A stretch of 42,210 bases of DNA from an uncultured Christensenella sp. GTDB taxonomy: Bacteria; Bacillota; Clostridia; Christensenellales; UBA1242. The position numbers and the translations under genes are program-made. The stretch is from NCBI GenBank assembly GCA_949294585.1, contig CASFHZ010000005.1, forward strand, positions 1 to 42,210, in the 5' to 3' direction. The notes below the pieces were generated by a model that searched no databases, had not been told where the DNA came from, and worked only from the letters and a program-made list of their open reading frames with translations. Positions 19,031 through 29,269 of the stretch are shown piece by piece; position 1 is the first letter of the stretch; the number at the start of each line of letters is the position of its first letter.

Positions 19031-20676
19031 TATTTCTCCTTATAATAGACTTTTATTTTGTTTACATACAGCCAAATTCTGCCCACACAGAACATTGTTG
19101 CAATAAATAGAATTTTAAACCAAACACTAAACTGATTTTCGGAAATAAAGAAATATGTAATAAATGCAATTAATGCAGAAATTAAAAATGATAATATTGA
19201 TGCTTTAACTTCGTTAGGGTTATTCGAGTGTGTTCCTGTTGTTGCATATTGTGCTGTTTGTGGATTCATTATATCAAGTTCTGCACTCCATAATAGGTGT
19301 CCAACATAGGTTAATTCTAAACTTAAAAATATTAAAATTGATTGCCAAAATGAATAATTAACAAAACTTGTAAAAATAAAAGTTGAAATAAAAATTGAAA
19401 TACTAACAAAGAATAAATTTACAACAAGTCTTGAAAACAAAGTTTTTACATTCTTTTGGGGTATTGTTTTTAACAGATAACTAGATGCTCCATCTTCGCT
19501 GTAAATATGTGACATTTCAATATTAGAAGAAAGCGAAATTATTAATATCATTAGTATGTTAAATGCAACCGACATAAATGCACCAGTAAGTCTTGTATCC
19601 ATTGCTGAGTATATTTTATTAAGTAGAAATATTGCAAGAGGCATTCCCAAAACAACTGCAAGCAAACTATATAATTTTGTAGGTGTTCTTAAATTTAATA
19701 TTAAATCTTTTTTGATTGAAGACCAAAAAGATGAATTTTTATAGTTTTTATAAGTTTTTTCAATTTTTACCTTTTTATATTCAAAAGGACTACTTGCCAT
19801 TTTAAAGAATAGTGGTCTAACAAGCAAATATGTTATCCCCAATATTATTGCAATAAATGCAACAACACCAAGTGTGATTAAAATTTGTTTTAAACTAAAA
19901 ATTATATTAGAAACACCATATCTTTCACCAACAGCACTTATTGCCAACCAACCAAGTGGAGCAAAAATTGCATTAAATTTATTCAAAAAGTCTTGAATTT
20001 GCCAAAATGTTGTTCCCCAGGTTCCAATAAGGTCAAAATTCTCTGGAATTGCGTTTATTAAAAACACCAAACCAGTAACAACACCAGCAATGAACATTAC
20101 AAGTAAAATGGCTTGCAAAACTTTATATTGTTTTAAAAATATTGATATATACATTAAAGGAATAGATAAAAGTGCTCCAATTGCAACAGGTACTGCTGTT
20201 ACAACAAAGTATATAACAACAAGCCAAAGGTAGTAATAAATTGCGAGTTGATTTATTAATGCATAAGCAACAAACAGTGGCAAAATATACGAAACATTTC
20301 TTATTAGTTCATACAAATAGTAAACAATTAATTTTGAAGTAAACACTGATGTTCTTCCTGTAGGCAAAGTTAAAAGCAATTGATTATCTTTTGCAAAATA
20401 CAAATTTTTCATAAGCCCAAATGTGCAAACAATAATAGACAAAAAAATCATTATTGAAAAAACCAAGGCAAAAAAGTTTTGTGGAATTCCAGGCAAAATG
20501 GAAACTAATTTAAGAAATGATAAAATATAAAAGCCAAAGTAAATTAAAGCAGTGATAACTGCGAACTTTAAAATAGACAATACCACTTTAAATATTGTTT
20601 GTTTTTTACTTTTAATAAACGAAAAATCAATTTTGTCTTTTAGTTGCATAAGTACTAAAGTTTTTAAATTTTCCAT
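19030..20676 (-). CDS. 548-aa polytopic membrane protein, putative ABC exporter permease
   Basis: It has at least 12 hydrophobic segments. It lies 12 nt downstream of the ABC-ATPase gene and is translationally coupled to the next ORF. Confidence 0.7.
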   Translation of the reverse strand: MENLKTLVLMQLKDKIDFSFIKSKKQTIFKVVLSILKFAVITALIYFGFYILSFLKLVSILPGIPQNFFALVFSIMIFLSIIVCTFGLMKNLYFAKDNQLLLTLPTGRTSVFTSKLIVYYLYELIRNVSYILPLFVAYALINQLAIYYYLWLVVIYFVVTAVPVAIGALLSIPLMYISIFLKQYKVLQAILLVMFIAGVVTGLVFLINAIPENFDLIGTWGTTFWQIQDFLNKFNAIFAPLGWLAISAVGERYGVSNIIFSLKQILITLGVVAFIAIILGITYLLVRPLFFKMASSPFEYKKVKIEKTYKNYKNSSFWSSIKKDLILNLRTPTKLYSLLAVVLGMPLAIFLLNKIYSAMDTRLTGAFMSVAFNILMILIISLSSNIEMSHIYSEDGASSYLLKTIPQKNVKTLFSRLVVNLFFVSISIFISTFIFTSFVNYSFWQSILIFLSLELTYVGHLLWSAELDIMNPQTAQYATTGTHSNNPNEVKASILSFLISALIAFITYFFISENQFSVWFKILFIATMFCVGRIWLYVNKIKVYYKEK

Positions 20677-20688
20677 TTTAAATCCTTT

Positions 20689-22965
20689 TTATATTTTATT
20701 TTTCTTTAATTTTTTTTCTTTAACATTTTCGACTTTATCTTGTTTTTCTTTTTCATCTTCATCAACCAAACTTGCCTCAACTGGCGTGTTTGTTATATCC
20801 AAGTAAAATTTTTCAAGTGTTGTTTCTTTTTCTATGTCACTAACATTTTTGCATACCAAAATTTTACCTTTTTTAATTATTGCAATTTTATTGCATAATT
20901 GTTCAACTATATCAATCAAGTGACTGGAAAAGAATACTATATTCCCCTCTTTTGCGTGTTGTTTCATACACTCTTTTACTTGATAAATACTGTTTGGGTC
21001 AAGACCTGTTAAAGGTTCATCAAGTATCCAAACTCTTGGATTATGAACAAGTGCTGACATAATTGCAATTTTTTGTTTCATACCGTGTGAATATGTTTTT
21101 ATTTGATTGTCAAAAGCACCGCCAAGTTCAAGCAAATTTACATATTTTTCTATTCTCTTATCTCTGTCCTCTTTTGAAACATCATATAAATCTGCGATAT
21201 AGTTTATATACTCTCTGCCCGTAAGTTTTTCATATAGTGCATAGTGATCGGGAACAAAACCAATTTGTCTTTTTGCCATAACACTTTGAGTTTGCACATC
21301 GTAACCACAAACTTCAATTTGTCCACTGGTTATTGGTTGAATGCCAACAATACTTTTTATTATTGTACTTTTTCCTGCTCCATTGTGTCCCAAAAAGCCA
21401 AATATATCTCCACCTTCAATTTCAAGAGATGCATCTTTAACTGCATAAACTTGACTTTTACCATATCTTTTTGAGAAATTTCTTAAAATTAATTTATTTT
21501 TGCCTTCTTCATTCATAGGTTCTTCTTTGCTCCTCCCTGCCAAGGCACATTCAAGTGCCATATCATCTAACTTTATTTTCTTTTTTCTGTCTGCTATATC
21601 ATATAGTGTGTCCACAAATGTGTAACTTCCTTCATAAACAAACCAAACTCCTGCTCCAAGGATAACATAAACAACAAAGAATAAAAATTGATATAGTGGA
21701 TAGAAAGTGAATTGCAAATTTCCAATGTTAAATGACCAAACAATTTTTCTTAGATCTTCAGCCCAAGTGCCTAATTTTTCTGCAATAAAATCACTGTTTA
21801 TAAAGAAATAATCAACTGTTCCATAATTGGAGAACCAAGCATTTAAAATTAAAACAAGCAAAAAGTAAAATCCAAATCCAATCATAGAATACTTAAATTG
21901 TTTCAGTTTTGGTCTTTCGTAAACCCTTAACGCAACCATTAATATTGGCATAAAGAACGCAATATAGTGATTTATATAAAAGTTCACAATGTTTGTACTA
22001 AACAAATTTAAGTCACCAGAGTAGTTTGGCATAACCATAGCCAAAAAAGCACCAAACACATTTATGAAATATGTAAAATAAAATAGTTTGTTCCACTTAA
22101 AAATTAGACACAAAGGTATTATATACATAGCAGTGTTACAAAGGTGGAATGGCCAGTGTGTTACATCTAAAAAATCATAAAATCTGTATCTAAAACTAAA
22201 TGACAACAATGTACCCAAACTTATATAAAGCAAAATACTTCTTTTTTCTTTCGCATCTTCCTTTCTTAAAATGAAATACAAACATATTGGAATTATTATT
22301 GCAAAATATAAAATCACTCTGTGAGGAACTGTTAAATCTTTTGGTTCAATTGCATAATTAATATAACCAAATAAAGCTTGTAACATATATGCTGGCATAA
22401 CAGCAAAAATCATTAATACTGCATACAAAATTGATTTTAAATCACTTTTTTCAACTTTAAACCTATCATTTTCAATAAATACAACAATACAATACGCAAG
22501 TGTAATTCCAAGTTCAATTCCCATTAATAAAGCACGCAAATTAAATGAACCATACGCATTTTCACCAACTATACCAATTGTTATAAAATAAATAAACCCA
22601 ATACACAGCAATGTTACAATTGTTCCATAGTACTTAATTATTGTTGCAAACCTTTTAAGTTTAAAAAATGGATATAACACAACAAGAAAAATAACAGAAT
22701 AGTTAAGCCAATTTAAAATTAAAGAAAAAAATGTTAAAACTGGACTATCTATTGGTGAAGATGAAAGTTTATAAACATTTTCAAGAGCATCATCTCCCAA
22801 CATATATCTAAAAAAGAACAAAACTGCCAAAACTATTGAAACAATTTTGTAAACCTTATTTGGAATAGGTTGTTTTTTTATTTTTAAAACCACATATGTT
22901 GCTATTAAAGCCACAGCAACAAAAAACAAACTCAAAACTTGACCAAGTACCATCTCTTCCTCCAA
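20689..22965 (-). CDS. Fusion protein: polytopic YwaF/TMEM164-like membrane domain (aa 1 to ~470) plus a C-terminal ABC ATPase
   Basis: The membrane part carries THWPFHLCNTAMYIIPLCLIF...FGAFLAMVMPN...INHYIAFFMPILMV (the HLC motif of the YwaF/TIGR02206 family, from memory; DNA about 22130-22170). The ATPase has Walker A GHNGAGKST, signature YSHGMKQK and Walker B VWILDEPLTGLD (DNA about 20689-21483). Confidence 0.8.
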   Translation of the reverse strand: MEEEMVLGQVLSLFFVAVALIATYVVLKIKKQPIPNKVYKIVSIVLAVLFFFRYMLGDDALENVYKLSSSPIDSPVLTFFSLILNWLNYSVIFLVVLYPFFKLKRFATIIKYYGTIVTLLCIGFIYFITIGIVGENAYGSFNLRALLMGIELGITLAYCIVVFIENDRFKVEKSDLKSILYAVLMIFAVMPAYMLQALFGYINYAIEPKDLTVPHRVILYFAIIIPICLYFILRKEDAKEKRSILLYISLGTLLSFSFRYRFYDFLDVTHWPFHLCNTAMYIIPLCLIFKWNKLFYFTYFINVFGAFLAMVMPNYSGDLNLFSTNIVNFYINHYIAFFMPILMVALRVYERPKLKQFKYSMIGFGFYFLLVLILNAWFSNYGTVDYFFINSDFIAEKLGTWAEDLRKIVWSFNIGNLQFTFYPLYQFLFFVVYVILGAGVWFVYEGSYTFVDTLYDIADRKKKIKLDDMALECALAGRSKEEPMNEEGKNKLILRNFSKRYGKSQVYAVKDASLEIEGGDIFGFLGHNGAGKSTIIKSIVGIQPITSGQIEVCGYDVQTQSVMAKRQIGFVPDHYALYEKLTGREYINYIADLYDVSKEDRDKRIEKYVNLLELGGAFDNQIKTYSHGMKQKIAIMSALVHNPRVWILDEPLTGLDPNSIYQVKECMKQHAKEGNIVFFSSHLIDIVEQLCNKIAIIKKGKILVCKNVSDIEKETTLEKFYLDITNTPVEASLVDEDEKEKQDKVENVKEKKLKKNKI

Positions 22966-23783
22966 TGTAACTACAATTTATTTTTTGCAATTTTTTTATA
23001 AAAATTTATTTAAAAAAGTATTAATAATAATTTCATAAACACAAATCGCAAAAAAACTATCTCATTAAAAATGAGGTACTTTTAACAAATGAGTTTGTTA
23101 TTTAAAATATATAAATTATAATCGTTTATACAATCATTGTTATTTAATTTTACAAAACCTTTTTTTTCAACATTTATAATTGAAACATAAATTTTGTTTA
23201 CAAACAGCCAAATAAATGGGCAAATAAATGCCAAAAAGAATATTTTGCAAACTGCAAAATTTAATCCTGTTTGTTGAAGTGATTGAACAACTATAAAATA
23301 ATTAGATGTGAAATTTAATAAAAAATTGTTTGAAGCATTAGCATTTTTAAAAAGTGAAATAAAATCAAATGGTATAAAAGGCATTGTTTGTACAAATGCA
23401 AAAAAGACTAGTGCCAAAACTTGTGCCACCAACAATGTTCTAAGAACTATTTGTCTTACCATTCTAAAACTTTGCATTTTCTCCAATATCAAATAACTTT
23501 CTATAAGATATAATAAAGGCAACGACATATTTTGTCAAGAACTTTATTAAAAAAACAAAAACATATTAGTTGCGTTAAGAATGGAAAATTTTAAAATGTT
23601 TGCAAATATAACATAACCTAGACCACTGTTGTAACAAATGATTTTTTTATATTTAATAAAAATTTAACCAAATATGATATTAATAAAAATTTTATAAATT
23701 ATCTATTTTTTTAATAATTAAATATAAATTACAATAAAAAACAGTAAAATATTTATTATTTTAAACAATACAATATTAATTAA

Positions 23784-24656
23784 TTAATTAATTTTATTTT
23801 TTATTAATTCTCTAATTTTATAAATTTTTTCTTCTTCATAAACATAAGATTGCCTTTCTTTCACAAAATTTGTTGAGCCTCGTTTTTCAAAACTATATCT
23901 TGGAATTAATTGCAAATGAAAATGATTGTTTGGACCATCACACATTGTACACAAATATACACTTTCGCAACAATAAACCCCTTTAACAATTTTCATAATG
24001 TTTTTTGCAAGTTTAAATATTTTTTCACAAGTGCAATCATCAATTTCCATCATATCCTTAAAATGTTTAATTGTGGATATAATAATGTGACCTCTTGCTC
24101 TTGGATTTGTGCACATAAAAGCTTCAAAATTATCATCTTTATATATAATGTTTTTTGAATTGTCCCCAAACAACACATTATTGAACTTTCTGTCATAGCA
24201 AGTTGGACAAATTCCCTGATCTGTTAATATTGCATTATTTAACACTGTAAATTCTTTATTATATGCTTTTAATATGTACTCTCTGCCAACAACATCAATA
24301 TTTTTTAAATTTTTTAGTTCAACAAACATTGGCATATACAAATTTTCATCATTGTTTTTTGTTTTTTCTTCGCCACCAAGTTCAACCTTGCCGTTTTCTA
24401 TTTCACCTACAAAATAATTGGCACAGCCAAACTCTGAAATGTCACAACCAACATAATTTGTTATTTTTATATCAATATTCATTTCTTCTTTAAGTTCTCG
24501 AATTGCATTTTGTTCAAGTGTTTCATTATTTTCCCAGCCTCCACCAGGAACAACATAATATTCTCTAATTGTTCCATCATCTTGCTTTTTTCTGCGAAAC
24601 ATTAACAAAACTTTGTCGCCTTTAAAAATTATTACTCTTGATGAAATTCTTTTCAT
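23784..24656 (-). CDS. Nudix hydrolase::HIT-family fusion protein
   Basis: The Nudix box GGGWENNETLEQNAIRELKEEMNI lies in the N-terminal ~135 aa. The C-terminal ~140 aa is HIT-like (CPTC..., PRARGHIIISTIKH, NHFHLQLIPR). The histidine triad reads HxHxQ. Confidence 0.8.
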   Translation of the reverse strand: MKRISSRVIIFKGDKVLLMFRRKKQDDGTIREYYVVPGGGWENNETLEQNAIRELKEEMNIDIKITNYVGCDISEFGCANYFVGEIENGKVELGGEEKTKNNDENLYMPMFVELKNLKNIDVVGREYILKAYNKEFTVLNNAILTDQGICPTCYDRKFNNVLFGDNSKNIIYKDDNFEAFMCTNPRARGHIIISTIKHFKDMMEIDDCTCEKIFKLAKNIMKIVKGVYCCESVYLCTMCDGPNNHFHLQLIPRYSFEKRGSTNFVKERQSYVYEEEKIYKIRELIKNKIN

Positions 24657-24927
24657 ATTTTTACCCTTTTAATAACTATAATTTTTACATCTTAAAAAAT
24701 AAAATTTTTGCAATTTTCTATTTTTTTTTATATTAAATTTGTTAATAATAATTTTTAAAAATATTACATTGGAACGCCTTTTTTATTATTTTTTCATACA
24801 TTTTATAATATAAAATTTAAAATTTGTAAAGAGATATAAAAAATTTAACAAAAATTATATCAACTTTATTATTCAAATTATGACTAGAAATTTTTTTTAA
24901 ATTACTACAAAAAATAGTTTAATAAAG

Positions 24928-24957
24928 TTGTGAGAATTTTTGTTACTATGTTATAAT
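24928..24957 (+). promoter_or_regulatory. Putative sigma-A promoter of the pfl operon
   Basis: TTGTGA (24928-24933), an 18-nt spacer, then an extended -10 TGtTATAAT (TATAAT at 24952-24957). It lies about 20 nt upstream of the GAGGTGG SD and the ATG at 24978. Confidence 0.4.
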
Positions 24958-24977
24958 CAAATTTGTGAGGTGGTGGT

Positions 24978-27254
24978 ATGGATAAAAAAGAACAAAATAT
25001 ATTAGACACACAAGATGCCTACAAGGGGTTTAAAGGAAGTTTATGGAAAAAAACAATTAATGTTTCTGATTTTATTGACTGCAATTATCGTGAATATAAA
25101 GGAGATGACAGTTTTCTTGTTTCACCAAGCAAAAAAACAAGCAAGGTTTGGACTAAATGCGAAAAACTTTTAGCAATTGAAAGAAAAAAACATTTGCTTG
25201 ATGTTGATGTTAAAAATATGTCTGGAATTAACAGTTTTCCTGCAGGATATATTGATAGAAAAAACGAAGTAATTGTTGGACTGCAAACAGATAAACCTCT
25301 TAAAAGAATAGTAAATCCTTATGGTGGACTAAGAATGGTTCACAGTGCACTTTCTGCATATAACAAACAACTTGACCCAACGGTTGATAAATTTTTTTCC
25401 AGTATGATGCGAAAAACACATAATGATGGTGTTTTTGACGCATACACCCCTAACATTAGAAAAGCAAGAAGTGCTGGACTAATAACAGGACTTCCAGATG
25501 CTTATGGCAGAGGAAGAATTATTGGAGATTACAGAAGAGTTGCTCTGTATGGAATTAATAGATTAATTGAAGAAAAACAAAAAGATTTACTTTGTGAAAA
25601 ACTTCTTGCAATTGATAATGAAGATTGTATCAGACTTCGCGAAGAAGTTAGCGAACAAATTAGAGCTCTTGAAAAAATTAAAGAAATGGCAAAAACATAT
25701 GGATTTGATATAAATAAACCAGCAAAAAACGCACAAGAGGCTTTTCAATGGACATATTTTGCCTATCTTTCTGCTGTTAAAGAGAATAATGGTGCAGCAA
25801 TGAGTTTGGGCAGAGTTTCAACCTTTCTTGATATCTACATTGAAAGAGATATAAAAAATGGTGTTTTAGATGAAGTTAAAGCACAAGAACTTGTTGACCA
25901 ATTTACAATAAAGTTAAGACTTGTTAGGCATTTAAGAACACCTGATTATGATGAAATATTTGCAGGTGACCCAACTTGGGTTACAGAAAGTATTGGTGGT
26001 ATGCTTAATGACAAAAAGAGTTTAGTTACAAAAAACTCATTTAGATTTTTGCATAGTTTAATTAACCTTAATCCAAGTCCAGAACCTAACCTAACAATTT
26101 TATGGTCAACAAAATTGCCTGCAAACTTCAAAAAATACTGTGCAAAAATTTCCATTTTAACAGATAGCATTCAATATGAAAATGATGATGTGATGTCTGA
26201 AATTTATGGACACGATTATGCAATTGCCTGTTGCGTTTCGGCAATGAAAATTGGAAAACAAATGCAATTTTTTGGTGCAAGGTGCAATCTTGCAAAATCT
26301 TTATTATATAGTATCAACGGTGGAAAAGATGAAAAAAGTGGCAAACTTGTTGTTGATGGCATACCACAAATTACAGATGAAATTCTTACCTATAACAAGG
26401 TTAAAAAGTCATATTTTAAAACACTGGACATTGTTGCAAAAACATACGTTGATGCACTAAATATAATTCATTATATGCACGATAAATATGCATATGAAGC
26501 AGGACAAATGGCACTTCACGACACTTTTGTTGAAAGATTAATGGCATTTGGAGTTGCAGGACTTTCTGTTGCAACAGATTCTCTTTCTGCAATTAAATTT
26601 GCAAAAGTTAAACCATTAAGAAACGAAGATGGAATTGCTGTTGATTTTAAAATTGATGGTGCTTTTCCTAAATATGGAAACGATGATGACAGAGTTGACA
26701 ACATTGCAATAGAAATTGTTCAACACTTCATTGACTCATTAAAAAAACATAAACTATATCGCAATGCAAAGCACACACTTTCTGCCTTAACAATCACATC
26801 AAATGTAATGTATGGCAAAAAAACAGGAACAACCCCAGATGGCAGACAAGCAGGACAACCTTTTGCCCCAGGTGCAAATCCAATGCACGGCAGAGATTGC
26901 TCTGGTGCACTTGCATCTTTAAACTCAGTTGCAAAAATACCATATTGTGATTGTTGTCAAGATGGAGTTTCAAACACATTCTCAATAATCCCTAATGCAC
27001 TTGGTCACGATTTAAATTCCCGAGTTAAAAATCTTGTTGGAATTTTGGACGGATATTTTGTTCAGTATGCACAGCATATAAATGTTAATGTGCTTGATAG
27101 AGAAAAACTTATTGATGCAATGAATAATCCAGACAAATACCCTACACTAACAATAAGAGTTTCAGGATATGCAGTTAACTTCAACAAACTTTCAAGAGCA
27201 CATCAAGAAGAAGTTATTGCAAGAACATTTCACGAAAAGGTTGGTAATTTATGA
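24978..27254 (+). CDS. pflB: Formate C-acetyltransferase (pyruvate formate-lyase)
   Basis: Cys-Cys active site IACCVSAM, glycyl-radical motif [11 protein letters not shown] near the C-terminus, and 758 aa. Confidence 0.95.
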   Translation: MDKKEQNILDTQDAYKGFKGSLWKKTINVSDFIDCNYREYKGDDSFLVSPSKKTSKVWTKCEKLLAIERKKHLLDVDVKNMSGINSFPAGYIDRKNEVIVGLQTDKPLKRIVNPYGGLRMVHSALSAYNKQLDPTVDKFFSSMMRKTHNDGVFDAYTPNIRKARSAGLITGLPDAYGRGRIIGDYRRVALYGINRLIEEKQKDLLCEKLLAIDNEDCIRLREEVSEQIRALEKIKEMAKTYGFDINKPAKNAQEAFQWTYFAYLSAVKENNGAAMSLGRVSTFLDIYIERDIKNGVLDEVKAQELVDQFTIKLRLVRHLRTPDYDEIFAGDPTWVTESIGGMLNDKKSLVTKNSFRFLHSLINLNPSPEPNLTILWSTKLPANFKKYCAKISILTDSIQYENDDVMSEIYGHDYAIACCVSAMKIGKQMQFFGARCNLAKSLLYSINGGKDEKSGKLVVDGIPQITDEILTYNKVKKSYFKTLDIVAKTYVDALNIIHYMHDKYAYEAGQMALHDTFVERLMAFGVAGLSVATDSLSAIKFAKVKPLRNEDGIAVDFKIDGAFPKYGNDDDRVDNIAIEIVQHFIDSLKKHKLYRNAKHTLSALTITSNVMYGKKTGTTPDGRQAGQPFAPGANPMHGRDCSGALASLNSVAKIPYCDCCQDGVSNTFSIIPNALGHDLNSRVKNLVGILDGYFVQYAQHINVNVLDREKLIDAMNNPDKYPTLTIRVSGYAVNFNKLSRAHQEEVIARTFHEKVGNL

Positions 27255-27904
27255 AAAAAATAACAAAAAAAATTTACGAAGAACTAAAAAATAAAGATGT
27301 TTTTTTATTCGATTTTGATGGAACACTTATTAATTCTGAAAAATATCATAAAAAAGCACATTCAAAAGTTTTATCATTAATATTAAATAAAAAATTTAAA
27401 ATGACAAATTCACGATTTTTAAAATATGTTGGCAGTTCTGATGATATTATATTTGAAAAATACAAAAAAGACTTCAATGTTGAATTTGATAAAGATAAAA
27501 TGATAAATTTAAAAGTTTTAGAATCAAAAAGACTATTAATGGATAAAAAGGTTAAACCATTTGGTTATTTTGAAGAACTAAAAAAACTTTTTCCTAACAA
27601 AAAATTCTATATTGTAACCAATCAAGAACAAAATTTTTTGACAGATATTTTAAAATCTAAGGAAATGTATAATAAATTTGATAATATTTTTTGTATGTTA
27701 TCTTTAAATAAAGACAAAACATTATTTATCAAAGAAATAAATAACCTTTTGAATGTTGATTATAAAAAATGTGTACTCTTTGAAGATGTTAACAAATACT
27801 TGCATCTTGCAAAATCATTAGGCATTTTATCCATTGGGATTGAAACAAAATCTAATAAGGGATTATTAAAAGATTCAGATTTTATTATAAAATACAATGT
27901 TTGA
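27251..27904 (+). CDS. HAD-superfamily hydrolase (subfamily IA-like phosphatase)
   Basis: Motif I is [14 protein letters not shown]-terminal FEDV motif IV-like segment is present. The ATG overlaps the pflB TGA (ATGA). Confidence 0.75.
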   Translation: MKKITKKIYEELKNKDVFLFDFDGTLINSEKYHKKAHSKVLSLILNKKFKMTNSRFLKYVGSSDDIIFEKYKKDFNVEFDKDKMINLKVLESKRLLMDKKVKPFGYFEELKKLFPNKKFYIVTNQEQNFLTDILKSKEMYNKFDNIFCMLSLNKDKTLFIKEINNLLNVDYKKCVLFEDVNKYLHLAKSLGILSIGIETKSNKGLLKDSDFIIKYNV

Positions 27905-28619
27905 GGATATAATGTTAGGAAAAATAAATAGTTTTGAAACAATGGGACTTGTTGATGGTCCTGGTATAAGATTTGTTGTTTTTATGCAAGGCTGTGAACT
28001 TAGATGTATTTATTGTCATAACCCCGACACTTGGGATAAAAATTCATACACACAAGAAATTTTTCCAAGCGAACTTGTTGAAAAAATTAAAAGATACAAA
28101 CCATATTTTGGCGATGATGGTGGCGTAACTTTTTCTGGTGGTGAACCACTGCTTCAACCAATGTTTTTGTTGGAATGTTTAAAATTATGCAAAGAAAACG
28201 GTATTCACACTGCACTAGACACTGCAGGTTTTGGCTTTGGAAATTATGATGAAATTCTAAAATATACCGATTTGGTTATACTTGATATAAAAGCAGTTGA
28301 AGAAGATGAATATAAATATTTAACAGGTCAAAATATGAACAATTTTAAAGTGTTTTTAAATGCTTGTCAAAAAAATAATACTCCTCTTTGGATAAGACAA
28401 GTTATTATTCCACAAATTAATGATGATGAAAAACACATTTATTTGTTAAAAAATTTCATTAAAACATTAAAAAATGTAAAAAAAGTTGAACTTTTACCAT
28501 ACAAAACTATTGGTGCTATAAAATATAAAACATTAAATATAAAATATAGACTTGATAGTGTACCCGAAATGGATGAAGAAAAATGTAAACAACTAGAAAA
28601 CCTTTTATTAAAAAAATAA
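27897..28619 (+). CDS. pflA: Pyruvate formate-lyase activating enzyme (radical SAM)
   Basis: SFETMGLVDGPGIRFVVFMQGCELRCIYCHNPDTW includes the CxxxCxxC cluster. The true start may be the ATG at 27912 (MLGKINS), which is preceded by GAGGA. Confidence 0.9.
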   Translation: MFEDIMLGKINSFETMGLVDGPGIRFVVFMQGCELRCIYCHNPDTWDKNSYTQEIFPSELVEKIKRYKPYFGDDGGVTFSGGEPLLQPMFLLECLKLCKENGIHTALDTAGFGFGNYDEILKYTDLVILDIKAVEEDEYKYLTGQNMNNFKVFLNACQKNNTPLWIRQVIIPQINDDEKHIYLLKNFIKTLKNVKKVELLPYKTIGAIKYKTLNIKYRLDSVPEMDEEKCKQLENLLLKK

Positions 28620-28717
28620 TTATAAAAATTGTTATTTAATAAAAAAATAATTTTTTAGCACATTCACAATAGTATTTTATATTTTTAAATAATTAAAAAA
28701 TAAATTCAAATTTAAAT

Positions 28718-28765
28718 AAAAAACTCTACCATAAAACATTTTTGTATTTTATGATAGAGTTTTTT
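28718..28765. terminator. Bidirectional terminator between pflA and the convergent cmk-like gene
   Basis: ctctaccataaaa (28724-28736) pairs with ttttatgatagag (28747-28759) with one mismatch. It is flanked by an A-run and a T-run. Confidence 0.6.
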
Positions 28766-28769
28766 ATTT

Positions 28770-29228
28770 TTAAATTAATTTTTTTTTATTTATTTTTTGT
28801 ATGTAATCAACAATAAAATCTGCAGTTTTTTCAACACCAATAGAACTATCAATACACAAATCGTACTTATTTATATCACCAAATTCTTGTCCTGTTACAC
28901 TCTTATAGTAGTTAGCTTTTGATTTATCAGATTTTTTCATATTTTGCAAAGCAGTTTGTTCATCATCTCCATACATTTCTTGAATTTTTTTAACTCTATA
29001 TTCTTCTGGAGCATAAATAAACAAATTGACAACATTATTATAATTTTTTAAAAAGTAATTGGCTACCCTTCCAACAATTACACAACTTCCATTAGATGCA
29101 ATTTTATTTATAACCCTTTCTTGTGCGTTTATTGCAAGTTGAGCAACATTATGTGCTAGGTATAAATCGTAAAATGCAGATTTTGATTTATCGTGTAATT
29201 CATTAAGATATTCTTCAAAAAGCGAACC
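28770..29228 (-). pseudogene. Cytidylate-kinase-like family protein, 5'-truncated
   Basis: The open frame reads GSLFEEYL...SCVIVGRVANYFL...NLFIYAPEEYRVKKI..., like the Cytidylate_kin2 family. It is closed by a TAA at 29229-29231. The P-loop N-terminus and an ATG are both missing. Confidence 0.55.
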
Positions 29229-29269
29229 TTAAAAGTTCACTTTTATAACTATATAACTTCAATGCTATG

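Noticed and set aside
23082-23528. A 148-aa minus-strand ORF with hydrophobic stretches between the ABC operon and the Nudix-HIT gene.
   Set aside because: It has no convincing SD or recognisable motif, and its composition is what AT-rich non-coding DNA yields. It could be a small membrane protein, but I cannot support that.
23761-23800. A short (TTAA/ATTA)n microsatellite at the 3' end of the Nudix-HIT gene.
   Set aside because: It has only 4-5 units and simply supplies stops in all frames in AT-rich DNA. I see no evidence of function or of a TTAA-target transposon insertion.
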